This document shows, one piece after another, positions 26,401 to 39,469 of a stretch of DNA of 64,000 nt. Under the pieces are notes generated by a model. That model worked only from the letters and a program-made list of their open reading frames with translations, was not told where the DNA came from and did not search any database. A program made the translations under genes and the position numbers. Position 1 is the stretch's first letter, and every line of letters starts with the position of its first letter. This DNA is from Chiloscyllium plagiosum (Eukaryota), in the NCBI RefSeq assembly GCF_004010195.1, contig NC_057719.1, forward strand, positions 67,477,048 to 67,541,047. Reading direction: 5' to 3'.

Positions 26401-27317
26401 ATGACAAGCTCTCTCAATGTAATCAAAAATCCACTAAACCTTGGAGGCTATCTCTCTTAAAATGATTTAAAAGAAATCATCATGCCTATGAAAATATTTA
26501 CAAGTCTTTCATTAAATTCATTCAGACATATTGAAAACCACAGATGCCATGAGTTCAAAATTCAAAAAATCCAAATTTAAAAATAAAATACATACACTGC
26601 ATGCCTCCTTGAGGGAGTTCGTTCCAATTGCCCTCCCCAGACTTCCCAGGGAGCAACCTCAATGGAGTTGGCAGTTTCCTCAAATTATGGAAGACACTCT
26701 GCCACTGTCAAATACTGGTGCTGTAACATCACACCAAATTGGTGTCTTAACTGTTTAAATGGTCGGCCCACTTAGTAAAGATGGCTTCTGATCAGTTTTC
26801 AGTTCACACAATTTGCTTAGAGGAGTTAATAAAAGAGGGGTGGGTGAGAGCAATAGGCTGTTGATCTTCAGGTAGATCCCCATTCTCTCTCATTGAGTTC
26901 AAAAATACCATAGTCTTATTCTACTCACAACTGGGTCATGTAATATCTTACTGAAAGTTCTCCAGATTCTATGACTCCATTCGGAAATCCCACTTCTTGT
27001 AAGTATAGTGTTGTTACAATGTCCCCAATGTCTTTTTCTTAATAAAGTGAGTTATGTGTAAAAGTTCAAGACATATTTAATATGGGTCTACATAATGTAT
27101 CAACAATAATATTTGGAGTATATCACTTCATAACAAAACAGTTAAAGGTTTCAACATAGTTTCTCGCGTAAAGAAGGATAATGTAAGCACAAAAAAAATC
27201 TAGATAATGAGTGCCTGACACAAGTCTTTAATTTTTAAAATAGCCATCAATGATATTAGGGGGCAAAATTAAGCTAACCCATCTATAAGGAAACAGACTG
27301 AATTGAGTAACATGTTT

Positions 27318-27504
27318 TTTTTAATCCATTCACAAAATGAGGGCATCTCTGGCTAGGCTAGCATTTATTACCAATCTTTAATTGGCACAAGGGCAGTTAA
27401 GAGTCAAGCATATTGTTGTGACTCTGAAGTTACATGTAGGCCAGACCAGGTATGGATAGCCATTTCCTTCCATAAAGGACATTAGTGAACCAGATGGGTT
27501 CGTA
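27318..27504 (-). mobile_element. tRNA-headed SINE, 3' half (split by CR1; 5' half at 29283-29450)
   Basis: Reverse complement of 42300-42430 plus the tail gcatttatt shared with the LINE family at 29800-30545. Confidence 0.75.
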
Positions 27505-29282
27505 ACAATAAAGAACAAAGAAATTTACAGCCCAGGAACAGGCTCTTCGGCCCTCCAACCCTGAGCCGCTCCAAATCCATTGTCTAAACTATCGCCCAAT
27601 TCCTAAGGTTCTATATCCCTCTGCTCCCCACCTACTTATGCATCTGTCCAGACACACCTTAAATGAATCTACCGTGCATGCCTCTACCATCTCTGTCGGC
27701 AACGCGCTCCAGGCATCTACCACCCTCAGTGTAAAGTACATTCTGTGTGTATCTCCCTTAAACTTGTCACCTCTCACCTTGAAAGTGTGAGCTCTTGTTA
27801 TTGAATTCCCTCACCCTGGGAAAAAATCTGATCTCTATCCACCCTGTCTATACCCTTCATGATGTTGTAGACCTCAATCAGGTCCCCCCTCAATTTAATG
27901 AAAACAATCCTAAACTACTCAACCTCTCTTCATAGCTAGCACCTTCCATACCAGGCAACATCCTCGTAAACCTTCTCTGCACCCTCTCCAAAGCATCCAC
28001 ATCCTTTTGGTAATTTTGCAACTAGAACTGTGCACAGTATTCTAAATGTGGACACCAAAGTCTTGTACAGTTTTAACATGATCTGCCAGCTCTTATACTC
28101 AATACTCCGTCCGATAAAGGCAAGCATACCATATGCCTTCTTGACCACTCTATCCACCTGTGCAGCCACCTTCAAGGTACAATGGACCTGAACTCCCACA
28201 TCTCTCTGCCTCATCAATTTTTCCAAAGGCTCTTCCATTTATGGTATAGATCGCTCCAGAATTAGACTTCCCAAAATGCATCACCACACATTTGCCTGAA
28301 TTGAACTCCATCTGCGACATCTCCACCCAACTCTCTAGTCTATCTATATTCTCCTGTATTCTTCGACAGTCCCATATGCTTTCTGCTACTCCACCAATGT
28401 TCGTGTCATCTGGAAACTTACTGATCAGACCAACAATGCCCTCTTCCAGATCATTTATGTATATCAAAAACAACAGTGGCCCCTGTGGAACACGACTGGT
28501 CACCTTTCTCCATTTCAAGAAACTCCCTTCAACTACTACTCTCTGTCTCCTGTTGCTCAACCAGTTCTTTATCCACCGAGCTAGAACACCCTGCACACCA
28601 TGTGACTTCACTTTCTCCATTAGTTTACCATGGGGAACCTTATCAAATGCCTTACTGAAGTCCATGTATATGACATCAACACCCATCCTTCATCTATCAA
28701 CTTGGTCACTTCCTCAAAGAACTCTATTAAATTGGTAAGGCATGATCTCCTCCTGCAAAAATCCATGTTGCCTATCACTAATATGCCAATTCTTTTCCAA
28801 ATATGAATAGATTTTATCCCTCAGTACCTCTCCAACAACTTTCCCACTACTGACATCAGGCTCACTGGTCTGTAGTTACCTGGAATATCCCCACTATCCT
28901 TCCTGTACAGGGGGACAACATTAGCAACCCTCCAGTCCTCCGGCACATCACCTGTATTTAAGGATGTTACAAAGATATCTGTCAGGGTCCCAGCTATTTC
29001 CTCTCTTGCCTCTCTCGGCAACCTGGAATAGATCCCATCTGGTCCTGGGCATTTGTCCACCTTAATATCCTTTAGCATACCCAACATATCTTCTCTCCTT
29101 ATGTCAATGCGATCCAGAGTAAACAAGCTTCTATCTCTAATCACAACATTCATCATGTCCCTCTCCTCCGTGAACATTGAGAAGCTCATCCATTTTCTCA
29201 GGTTCGACACACAACCTTCTTTCCTTATCTTTTAGTGGACCAACCCTTTCTCTAGTTACCCTCTTGCTTCTTATATATTCTT
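27505..29282 (-). mobile_element. CR1 LINE, 5'-truncated (~1.8 kb), RT domain with frameshifts
   Basis: Minus ORFs PEDWRVANVVPLY...NYRPVSL, VIYMDFSKAFDKVPH...VPQG...ISKFPDDT, LKLYKTLV, YFTLRVVDAWSALP. Confidence 0.97.
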
Positions 29283-29450
29283 TTCCTCCAACAATTGGCA
29301 ATGGCTTCACAGGCATCATTAAACTCTTAATTCCAGTTTTTTTTAATTGAATCCAAATTCTATCATTTGCCATGGCAGGATTTGAACTCAGCTTCCCAGA
29401 GCATTATCGGGATTAATAGTGCAATGATAATGCCATTAGGCCATCACCTC
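29283..29450 (-). mobile_element. tRNA-headed SINE, 5' half
   Basis: Minus strand gaggtgatggcctaatgg (box A-like) ... gagttcaaatcc (box B-like); continues the element at 27318-27504. Confidence 0.75.
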
Positions 29451-29799
29451 TCAATGGCATTTTACACAATGTTCAGTTTTGTCCATTGAATGTCCATTGA
29501 AACCCAATGCTCTGGCTTTTTGACATAGTGAGTTTGGTTAAAATTGTCTTTAAAGATTTTAAAGGATAATATCAATTTTAAATGTGATGTTAATATGGTC
29601 ATGTGTCAAAAAGGCTTTGATTCAGTTTAATTTGACCTGTTGGCTAAATTATTCAGAAACATTATGCTCCAGATATTTGTTAATTCAAGGCTATTGAAGT
29701 TTAAAGTCTAAGGAGCAGATAAATCTAGGCAGAGTTGTCTTTGAAAGTAGCAACTCCTGGGAAATCACTGAATTAAGAGTACTTATTATTTTAGTTTAT

Positions 29800-30545
29800 G
29801 ACACATACAAGTAACCTTCACACCATGCAAGTGCCAGGCAATGAGCATCTCCAACAAAAGAGAATCCTGCTATCACCACTTGATATTCAGTACTATGACC
29901 ATCTCAGTACCTTTCACGACCAACATACTGAAGATACCATTAACCAGAAATTGAACTGGACCAGCCATATAAATGCTGTGGCTAAAGGAGCAAGTCAGAG
30001 ACTGAGAATTCTGTAGTCAATAACTCAGTTCCAGTCTATCTAAAGCCTGTCCAAACTATCTACAAGGCACGAGTCAAGTGTGCAATGGGATACAATCAAC
30101 TTGTCTAGCCGAGTACAGCTCCAATAATACTCAATAAGCTCAACACCATCCAGCCAAAGTAATCTGTTTGATTGGTGTCCCATCTAACACCTTCTACATT
30201 CACTCCTTTCAAACCTGATACAGTGGCAGCAGTGTGTACCACCTACAAGATGCACTGTGACAACTTGACAAGGCTCCTTCAACCGCACCTTCCAAATGTG
30301 CAGACTCTACATCTTAAAGGACAACAGCAACAGGTACAGAGGCAGATCACGGATGCAATTTCTTCCTCAAGCCACACATGATTCTGGCTTTCACTGCCAC
30401 TGTCAGAATCCTGGAGCTTCCTCCCTAACAGCATTGTGAGTGTACCTGTACCAGACAGCAGTAGTTCAAGAAGCAACTCATTACCACTTCCTCAAAGACA
30501 ATTAGGGTTGGGCAATAAATGGTGGCCTAGCCAGTGACATCCATA
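29800..30545 (+). mobile_element. Non-LTR retrotransposon 3' end (family distinct from the CR1 copies; clade not assigned)
   Basis: INQKLNWTSHINAVAK and IYKARV RT C-terminal motifs; tail gggcaataaatggtggcctagccagtgac; homologous to 43300-44850. Confidence 0.8.
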
Positions 30546-31902
30546 TCCTTCGACTATTTAAAAATTACAAGTCAATTGTTAGGAACATGGATGTCCATAG
30601 TAGCATATGTTAAACTTCACAACCTTTATCTCCCATTTGCTTTTGAAGATTTTCTTAACTATATTCTGAGATGGATATGTGAGAATTGTTCACTGCTCAG
30701 AAGATTGTAGTAAAGAAAAAACCTGTACTTATCTTCACAACTTCTTTGTGAGAAACATTTAGGTTTGTGTGGGGTAAGTACTATTATATCGTTATAAATT
30801 ACAGATATTATATTTGCATACAAGACTATAAATCATAGAACCACAAACGTCCCATTAGGACAACGAATGCATTTTTTTTCGATTGCTATCAACTCCACTT
30901 TCCAGCGTTCTCATCACATCCCTCAGTAAGGATGTAAGAATTAGAAACAGAACAAAGAACATGAATCATATCAATGTATTTAAAGTATGGATTTACATTG
31001 ATTTTTCCATTGATACATTTGTTTGGCATCAGCAAAGTGTTTAAGATAATATTTGTACAATTTCACTCATGTACGCCACTGAGACAAAATGTAATTTATT
31101 GGCTAGACAGCTACAAACATGTCTGTACTGAGTATTTCGATGGGTCAATAACAGCCAAGCTCATTTTATTGTACATATCAGTTAATGTACACATCCACAC
31201 TAGGTGATGAACAATGACTTTCTTTTGTATGTGGGAACTGCCTATTAGCTTGAATGCCTACTTTCAGTATTCTGGAATCCTATTACCTTAATTACCTTAC
31301 CCTTCAAAAGGGTAAGGACTAGGCACAAAAAAAAAGATCCTGGCTGCTCAATGCTGCAGTAGATTTTAATGTCAGCAACTCCAAAGTTAACTCATTACCC
31401 ACACTTCTGATCTGCAGCGTTGGTTATTCCAAGCAGAGAAAAATATAATTAATTGCATTGACTTCATATGCGGCAGCCAAAGGTGCGAAATCTTCTGTGT
31501 ATCCATGTAACAACTGCATATTGTGTATCAAAATAGTGGAGGTTTACTGTTCATGAAAGAACTGTCTTCAGTCCAACTAAACTGCAAACATATTTAGATA
31601 AAAATGATAAAAACATGATCTGTCACAGGTCATAGAAGCAGCTAAATATAAATGTAGAAATTCTAATTAAGGATAAGTGGGTGATATATTTTTAAAATTA
31701 CATTCTATAGAACTTGAAATTAGTGAATTGCATTGCAAAAATTAAAAGTGTTTTTCTTGCAGTAAATAACTGCCAAATTGTCATTATTGTGTTAGATGCA
31801 AACTGGTTTGGATTTGTACATTTTCCAATTTCTTCATCACTTCCAAGGAATGAAAAAAGCAATACCGGATTGGCAACATAATCTGCCTTGAATTTCACTT
31901 AC

Positions 31903-31958
31903 GGGAAGGAGCCAGATAATTCACAGCACTTATTAGTTATGCACTCTTGCTCACTCAT
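31903..31958 (-). CDS. Candidate alternative first coding exon, MSEQECITNKCCELSGSF(P), phase-2 end
   Basis: ATG at 31958, open for 18 codons + 2 nt to CCC|gtaagt; lies in a repeat-free block. Confidence 0.4.
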
Positions 31959-34771
31959 GAATGGTAAATTGTACTGTCAGCCACACTTCCCTGCATTTTT
32001 CCTTCAGTCCCCAGCCCTTCCCCCACCCCCATCTCACATCTCCCTCAAAATCTCTCACCTTAGTGAAGTCCTTCACTTGGGTGTGGGAATTCCTCTCAGG
32101 CCTGTGACACCAATTTGCCATAAACCAATTAAAGAGGCTTTTGCTATAGAGTGTACTGAAAGTACATCATATCATGATGCGTAGATTTTGATCAGTTGAG
32201 GCACAAAGTGACAATATTTATCACAATTTTGATTTGTGGATCAAACATCTTATAAGTACATACTCAGTATGCTGCATTTATTTAAATTCTCTTCTGCCAC
32301 CTTTTCGCTAATCTCAGCCTTCTCCCAAGCTTTATCTCTGAGAGGGAATGGAAAGGGGTAATGAGCCAGGCTGAGCTGTGGCATTTTCATAGGCACCTTC
32401 ATTGTTGCTTGTTATTGATCTGACAGAGCATGTGCTTCAGTGGTGCAAAGCTGATGCTGCTACTCTATCGTGTTGGATGAACTACTTGTTCATAGTTAGC
32501 TCCCTAAGCCTAAATGAGGAGTGGCAGAACTCCCCAGTGGTGGGTGGGTGACAGGCAAGGCTTGCTTCAAATAATAAAACTGTGCAGATCCAGCAGAGGT
32601 TCAGGGTCACTTTTGGTGTGCTCTTTCAACACAGTTTAAGCTTCCTTACATCAACATGTTTTTCCATTACACTTTAACAAATCTCAAAGGTTTGCTGCTG
32701 ACTTGCAACAAAACATTATTATTATCTCAAGGTACGCCTTGAATATTTTTCTGCTCATTCTCACAAAATAATAAATGGAGGTGGGTGGGGGATAAAAGTG
32801 ATAGCGCATGAAAGAAAGTGGAGAAATTAAATAGAAGATTTGCTCTTCAACTGGATTACTTAAAACTCACAGAGACAATAAGTGAGATTCATTAGGCTAT
32901 TTGTTACTGGCATCTGCCATGATCCAAAATGAAACACTAAATGTTTCATGGTCTCAAGAAAGGGCAGTATTTGTCTTGGTACTAGAAATCTCTCAACAGG
33001 AGATGGTGTGACTTGTAACTGCTATGAGAGGAAATGATGGATGTAGGGGGAGGGTGGCACCAGCTGAACTGTGATGGTTTAATATCATCATCCTCCTGAC
33101 AGCTGTAATAGGCTTCCCATCTCAGAAATAATTCATAAAGCTGCTACATTATATTCCGTCTCTGACATTCCCCATCCATCCAAGAAACCCAGCAGGCTCA
33201 GAACTAATAAGAAAATATATGGTTCAGAAACTCTAAAAAATTAAAGAGGTAGTTTATGAACAATTTGTTTCATAGGGATGTTTATTATATTTATTGAATA
33301 TTGTATCTCTGATGTGTTTTTTCCCACTGCATATGAAAGAGGAAAAATGCTGACTTTCAACATGTCTTTTTTTTATATTTACAAAATCATATTTTACAGC
33401 TTATAATGGATACAATAAATGTCCATGTTATAATCTTGACTTTCATGCATTTAGTTTTGTTCAATATCCACTGCCAAGTAGGCAGAGATAGAAGGCTTCA
33501 GAGAAGGTTTAAACTCACAGTATTTGTGTGTTTTCTCGTTTTATGTGGTGTGCTCAGGCCACCCCCGAGGGAAAAGTCAAATAAACTTGTTCTTGTGTCA
33601 AGCAAGACTAGAGGTTGTTTTATTACTCAATGTGGACAAAAATATTGAACCCAGAGGTCAAAATTTTAAGCCAGGGAAATGCCTGCCAGGCACATAGCCC
33701 ACTTACAAGAATTAAATTTAATCAGTATATGTTATTCGCAAACTGAAAAAAAACAAGTGAGCACAAAATTCAACACCCAAATGGTCTTTTGGGACTCAGC
33801 TATGGAAAACTTTTTTAAAGAAAAATAACTTAGTTGATGTAAGTAATAAAATAATCTATTATGTTGGTATAGATTATTTGTTCTGTTCACTTGCAATGTG
33901 AGCTTGTTTGAAAAGTAAGTGGTGAGTGTCACATCACATCTTGTGGTCTGGTTTAATACAGTTACATTTAAATTAATATCATTTTTTAAATATCTGAGCT
34001 CATTTTATTCCATCTGAACTTGTTTATTGCCCCTACAGTATCTGATCACTTGACCACCTCACTCCTCTAATAGCTGGAGCAGAACATGTGATAGGTCACA
34101 AATCACAAATTGTACAGTGAATAATAAATATCTGGGAGTGAATAACAGAGCTGGGACCAAATAGGAGTTCCAGATGATGGCATGAAGTATGGAGGAAGCA
34201 ATTTAGACATTTAAAAATACTCTTTGAATGCCAAGATTATTTTGCTGAATTATGAAGGACAGGAATAGAAGCAGAAGTTGTTAGCCTAAGACATTAGCAG
34301 TCAGAATACACGATCTTAGCTATCTTGGGACAATGTAGTAAAGTTCACACTTCCTTAAGAAATGAACCTATAACTTCAACAAATAATTTGTCTTGTTACC
34401 TAAACTGTTAGGTTGCTGTATTCACTGTTTGCATTATTTTCTTTCTGATTATCTCTTCAGGTTATACTTTCATCTCTCTGAAGTGGGTGAAATTCCACCC
34501 TGCATTGCTTGTCTCAATTAAAGATAGAATAAATTGGTGTGAAATTCCTCTGTTTGCTGTTTCAATTAAATTGTTACTTAGTTTTGTTAAAATAGTGAAC
34601 AAAGAAATTTCATATGAATGTATTGATAATGCAACTGCAATACTGAACAGGAGAATTTTATAGCCTGAATATCTTTCATTGGTATTTTTATCTATCATTC
34701 TTTGTTCACTCTTTAAGGCCTGAATAGTGCTGGTTTTAGTAATACTCATTAGCATACTTCAAAATTGTTTA

Positions 34772-35095
34772 TGAATCATAGGATCCCTACAGTGTGAAAA
34801 CAGATCCTTCAGCCCAACAAGTCCACACTGACTCTCCAAAGAGTAACCCACCAAGACCCATTGCCCTACATTTACCCCTGACTAATGCACCTAACCTGCA
34901 CATCACTGAACACAATTGGCAACTTAGCATGGCCAAGTCACCTAACCTGCACATCGTTGGACTGTGAGGGTAAACCCACGTAGACACAGGGAGAATATGT
35001 AAACTTGACACAGACAATTGGCTGATGTTGGAATTGAACCCAGGTCCCTGGTGCTGTGAGGCAGCAGTACTAACGACTGAGCCAGCATGCTGCCC
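34772..35095 (-). mobile_element. HE1/V-type tRNA-derived SINE, near full length
   Basis: Minus strand gggcagcatgctggctcagtcg (box A), gggttcaattcc (box B), V-domain-like tctccctgtgtctacgtggg, CR1-like tail cacactgtaggga. Confidence 0.85.
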
Positions 35096-35739
35096 TTATG
35101 TTTCAATTATAGTTGAATGGATGAATACTGCAATATTATAGCCACAAAATAAAGTGGAGTTCACATGTGTGGGGTTTCAGCTACTAGGAGTCATTAATGC
35201 TTCACATGAACTACAGAAGAGCCCCAAGTCTAGGAGCAAGTATTACATTACTGGATTCAATATTATGGAAAAGTGATTCTATGTTTACATCTTTTGTTTT
35301 CTATTGAAACGAACACAAAGTATAGCTATGAAGGTACTCACAAACATTACTTTTGTTCTCTTCATCTGTATGTACACCAGAGGCTAGCTACATTTCTCAA
35401 TCATTCCAGGACATAGAAGAACAACATTTTTTTCTTTCTAAAGATGTGTCAAGTAGAATAGTTGCTCCCTGTAAACAGAAAGTAGATCCATTACACCAAT
35501 GAAGTGTCACTGTAATGTAGGTGTCACTGATGTATAGTTGTCACCCTTGGTTTCTTGGAAGTGGTGGTTAACTCCATTCACATATTTGTAGAATCAACCA
35601 TGATATAATATCACATGGATCTATCACAGCTTCTATTGTAGGCTCTAGTAATTTCTGTCAAGAGGGTAATTAGGGATGGACAACAAATTCTTGTCTTGCC
35701 AATAACATTCAAATATCTGAGGAACAAATAAACAAAAAA

Positions 35740-36400
35740 GCTGTGTGCTGAAATCGAAGCTCAAGTTAAAGTCACATGAGCTTCGACTGTTGCCATCTTG
35801 GCTGTGAGTATCAGTGTTCAAAGGAGCCTTAATGATCCATCAAGCAACCTATCCTCAAATGGATTACAATGATTGGTAAAATGCTACCCAGGGGCTTGAC
35901 AGCATTTCCATTGAGTATCAGCTTGCTATCCTATTGATAGTATTGATGTTCTCAGTGCTATCCATTCTGAGGGCTACCAGCTAGATAGCCCAGACTGCTG
36001 CTGCCCATGTGAAGATCTTACTTTGGTCAAATTTACATTGATCAAAACATAATTGATCAATTTTGAGCATGGTTTTCAACCATACATCCATGCTGTCTTT
36101 GTGTAGATCCAGTTAAAAATAGGCATCCTTGTTCAGGTTCAGCAACCTGCTTAGAATTTCTTTAGTGACCATTTTGACATCAGGCTTGTAGTGGGCATTA
36201 AAGCTGTACCCCTGTACTTTTAACCAAGTGTTGTTGTAGTGTAGGCATTGCATTTGTGCCAAGACATCTTCATTTTTCTGGTGTTAACTGCTTAGCAGGG
36301 TGTTGGATATGCCTTCTTGTGTTCTGAACACCAAAGTAAGTGTTTTATGCTCTAATTTGGAATAATTGGTTTGGGACTGAGATAAGGTTTTGCATGCAAA
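35740..36400 (-). mobile_element. Possible very old PIF/Harbinger transposase remnant
   Basis: Only faint similarity (GYSFNAH resembling GYHSxNVQ); many stops. Confidence 0.2.
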
Positions 36401-36699
36401 AACCATTAGTGTGCCACCTATAAGATGCATTCTGTGAAAAGTCAACTTCCAGGATTTTCTTCTTTCTTGGGCTGCATTAATGTAATATATTTATCTGCTG
36501 ACAGCACATATTTCAGAGACTCAAACATACCTATGGTGTGTCTTCCCTTAGGAGCTCTCTCAGAGATGGAAAATCAGAAAATATACTGCCAAGAAGTTAA
36601 GGAATGCATCTCTGTAGATCTTCTTTGTCTTGTTGACGTTGTATTTTGTCTAGGTTGGGAATATAGAGAGCCCAACACACTGATCTGATATACACTCAC

Positions 36700-36841
36700 C
36701 TAGTGTTGTAGTGAGCTACTGCCCTTACAGAGTAAAAGTTCTGACTATGCTCTTCTTTAGTTACTCCAATATTGTAATGATCATTAGCAGAGCACGTACC
36801 TCCAGATACACTTTCTGTAATTTTGTCCATATGCTCCTGGA
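36700..36841 (-). CDS. Coding exon of unidentified minus-strand gene: (F)QEHMDKITESVSGGTCSANDHYNIGVTKEEHSQNFYSVRAVAHYNT(R/S)
   Basis: Acceptor gtcttttcag|TC, donor TAG|gtgagt; 142 bp, phase 1 to phase 2, open frame matches the phase of the upstream exon. Confidence 0.7.
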
Positions 36842-37164
36842 CTGAAAAGACTAATCTAAACTGAAAGAAAATTTGCATGGCAATATCTGGAAGCAGTATC
36901 TTCCAAATGGTGTGTAGTTACTTCTTTAGCAATATTGTATTTGGCATCCAGATTGGATAAGAAATTTATTCCTGCAAACTTGGAATTCAATTCATTAGTA
37001 TTGAAATCTTAAATGGGGATCTACTTAGAGAGGTTTAGAAATCTCAGATCAAGATGTATTGTCATTATGCCATCCCTCTTCAGTATGTATGTAATAGAAC
37101 AACACCAATCTGTGGTGATGCGCATGACAAATAGAACCATTGCATTCCATGCCATCCTACTCAC

Positions 37165-37252
37165 ACTTAAGCTTTTTGTTGGACGTGTAAGCTGCACCTT
37201 CTGGGAGCATCAATTGGTGCAATTGCATCATCCCTGTGATGCAATACAGCAT
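37165..37252 (-). CDS. First coding part of exon 37165-37489: MLYCITGMMQLHQLMLPEGAAYTSNKKLK
   Basis: Acceptor ctactccttcctcttgtactcacag|G at 37489, donor AGT|gtgagt at 37165; ATG preceded by an in-frame stop; phase-1 end joins 36841 in frame. Confidence 0.62.
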
Positions 37253-38120
37253 TACTCTTGAAACACAGTACGGTGCTGAACCTATTCAGGTACAATTGGT
37301 GTACATTCTGGATTGACTCCATGTGAGTATCCTTGGTCTCTTCTGCCACCATGGGTACCTTGGTAAACTCCTGAGTAGTTATACTATTGAGATAAATGTG
37401 GAATTTTTGGGTACTGTGACTGCCCTGAGGCTTGCAAAGTGACATCCGTAGTGTTCGTGTAAATTTCTGACACGAGGCGCCCAGAGACCCTGTGAGTACA
37501 AGAGGAAGGAGTAGGAAAACTAACACTGAACAAATCATGTTTTATCCAAGCAATTTTGTCAATCAACTGGTGTCCTTTTGATTATTCTCAAAAATTGCTC
37601 ATGAGCAGTCCTCTCCTCACACATGATTTTCTTGGAGGCCTGCAGCATTGACCTGCATGCCTGATGGGAAGGAAAATGACTGAAGTGGCATAGCAAGGAA
37701 ATGGAGTGAGAGAAGAGCGTAAAAAAACTCTCAGTAAATGCCTGAATGATGAGAAATTAATGGAAACCTTGAAGCAGGGAGATTCATTATAGAAGGGTTC
37801 CACAATATATTCCATTGCAATGCTAAATGTTTAATACTTGTTATCCAACTTAGACAGCTGCCCATAACAAATATGGATGTTGGGAACTGTACATGGAATA
37901 CAATGACTGGGATATAGTGAAATATCATAATAATTGCAGATCTTTCTGTAAACAGGCTTAATACAAGTGATTTCATTGTTACTTAAAACTGTTGACACAT
38001 ATTCCCATTTAGCTAATTCAAAACAAAGCTTGCTCCCTGTATCTTGCGAATGTAGCCCTGAGATAGAGAACAGCAGATTGAGTATGTCTGTCATTAGTCT
38101 ACCATTTAACATTCACTCAC

Positions 38121-38154
38121 CTAGTAGACAGCAGGATACACAACTCTACAACAG
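38121..38154 (-). other. Candidate 34-bp non-coding (5'UTR) exon
   Basis: tttgtgttttccag|CTG ... TAG|gtgagt, ~630 bp upstream of the 37489 acceptor. Confidence 0.55.
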
Positions 38155-39469
38155 CTGGAAAACACAAATAGCAATATAACTGGGATCAGGCAAAATTCAA
38201 GGCCAAGCAGTCAACTACAAAGTGTCAAAAAGAAGAATGTTTTGTTTTGCCAATATCCTGTGTTTTTCCCTCCATCTTCTATACAGACTCACAGTAAATA
38301 AAGAGAACGTCATGAAAATTAAGGAAAGGATGCTAAGCAGATAGATGGAACAATTATGCAGCTGGTGGAAATGTTCAAGGAGGGGGATAATGCACGATGA
38401 TTGCAAATCATCAGATAAGCTTCAGGATGAATACAAAATTTGTAGCCAAACAAAGATTAGATGCTCGCACAGTGGAGTTTTCTGTAAACAAATAAAAATG
38501 CAGGTGGTTTGTGTTTAGGTGCTGAAAACAGGTCTTGATGATGGATGAACTTCAGTTTGAGCAACAGTGTAGCTCTAGAAATGAGAGCTGCAAAGTTTGG
38601 TTCCACAGTGCTACTGAAGTCCACAGTCCTGACAATAGTGACTGATTCACTGACAGCACCAGCCACATGGTGCAGCATGCATGGGACCTCTCCGGTGGGG
38701 GGGGGGCGGGTGTGCACCAGACAAATGTAGAACAGGCACAGTGTCACCCAGTCTCTCGCTTTGATTTGGTGCCCCACCTACCATTTTGAATGTAATCAGT
38801 TCCACAAGAGAAACCTCAACCTAACTATTTGCGAACCACTCCCTTCCCCGCCACACCCAAACCCACGATATCACACTACTTAACATAATTACTGTTGACT
38901 TTGGCTGCTGCAGAGTTTGAAGGCAGTATACTGTGCTGATGGAGGAATTCTGAAAAGTAGTTGGAGTCAGAAGGGGAGTGCTGCTACACTTTTCCAAGGA
39001 CCTTGAAATCCTGTTGAGAGACAGCTTACTGTCACTCGTGGAGTTATCATTGACGTGGAGGAACAGAGCAACTTGGAGATAGAGCAGAGGTAGCAGAGAC
39101 AGGAGGCATTGTACTGAGAAAGAAGGTGGAGGACTCCTACTATAAGGGCATTCTCATGTGGAACAAATAGGAAACATTTCTTCTCACTCAACCATAGCCC
39201 AAAACAAAATTGGGATCTACTAATAACCAAAGGGATGTTCTCTGATCTATTCCACCTCTTCCAACTGGAACAGCAACTGCTAAGCAAGGCAAAGATGACA
39301 CTGCCAGTGACCATCATTCATTATCACTCTCAATTTCTTTGCCATCTGATTTTTCCAGGTTTGTATCAATAACATTGCCACTTCTACAGTTCATTCATGC
39401 ACCAGGAAGTTCAGGAGGCCCTGGATGCCAATAGAAGGTTTTCATTTCTCAGAGTATTTCATGATGCAC

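Noticed and set aside
28292..28738. 148-aa plus-strand ORF
   Set aside because: Antisense shadow of the CR1 reverse transcriptase
34980..35095. tRNA gene candidates at box A/box B motifs
   Set aside because: These are SINE heads continuous with SINE body and LINE-derived tail; no cloverleaf
37167..37538. 123-aa minus-strand ORF from the track
   Set aside because: It starts inside a polypyrimidine tract and stops just before the donor; a different frame gives the phase-compatible spliced product
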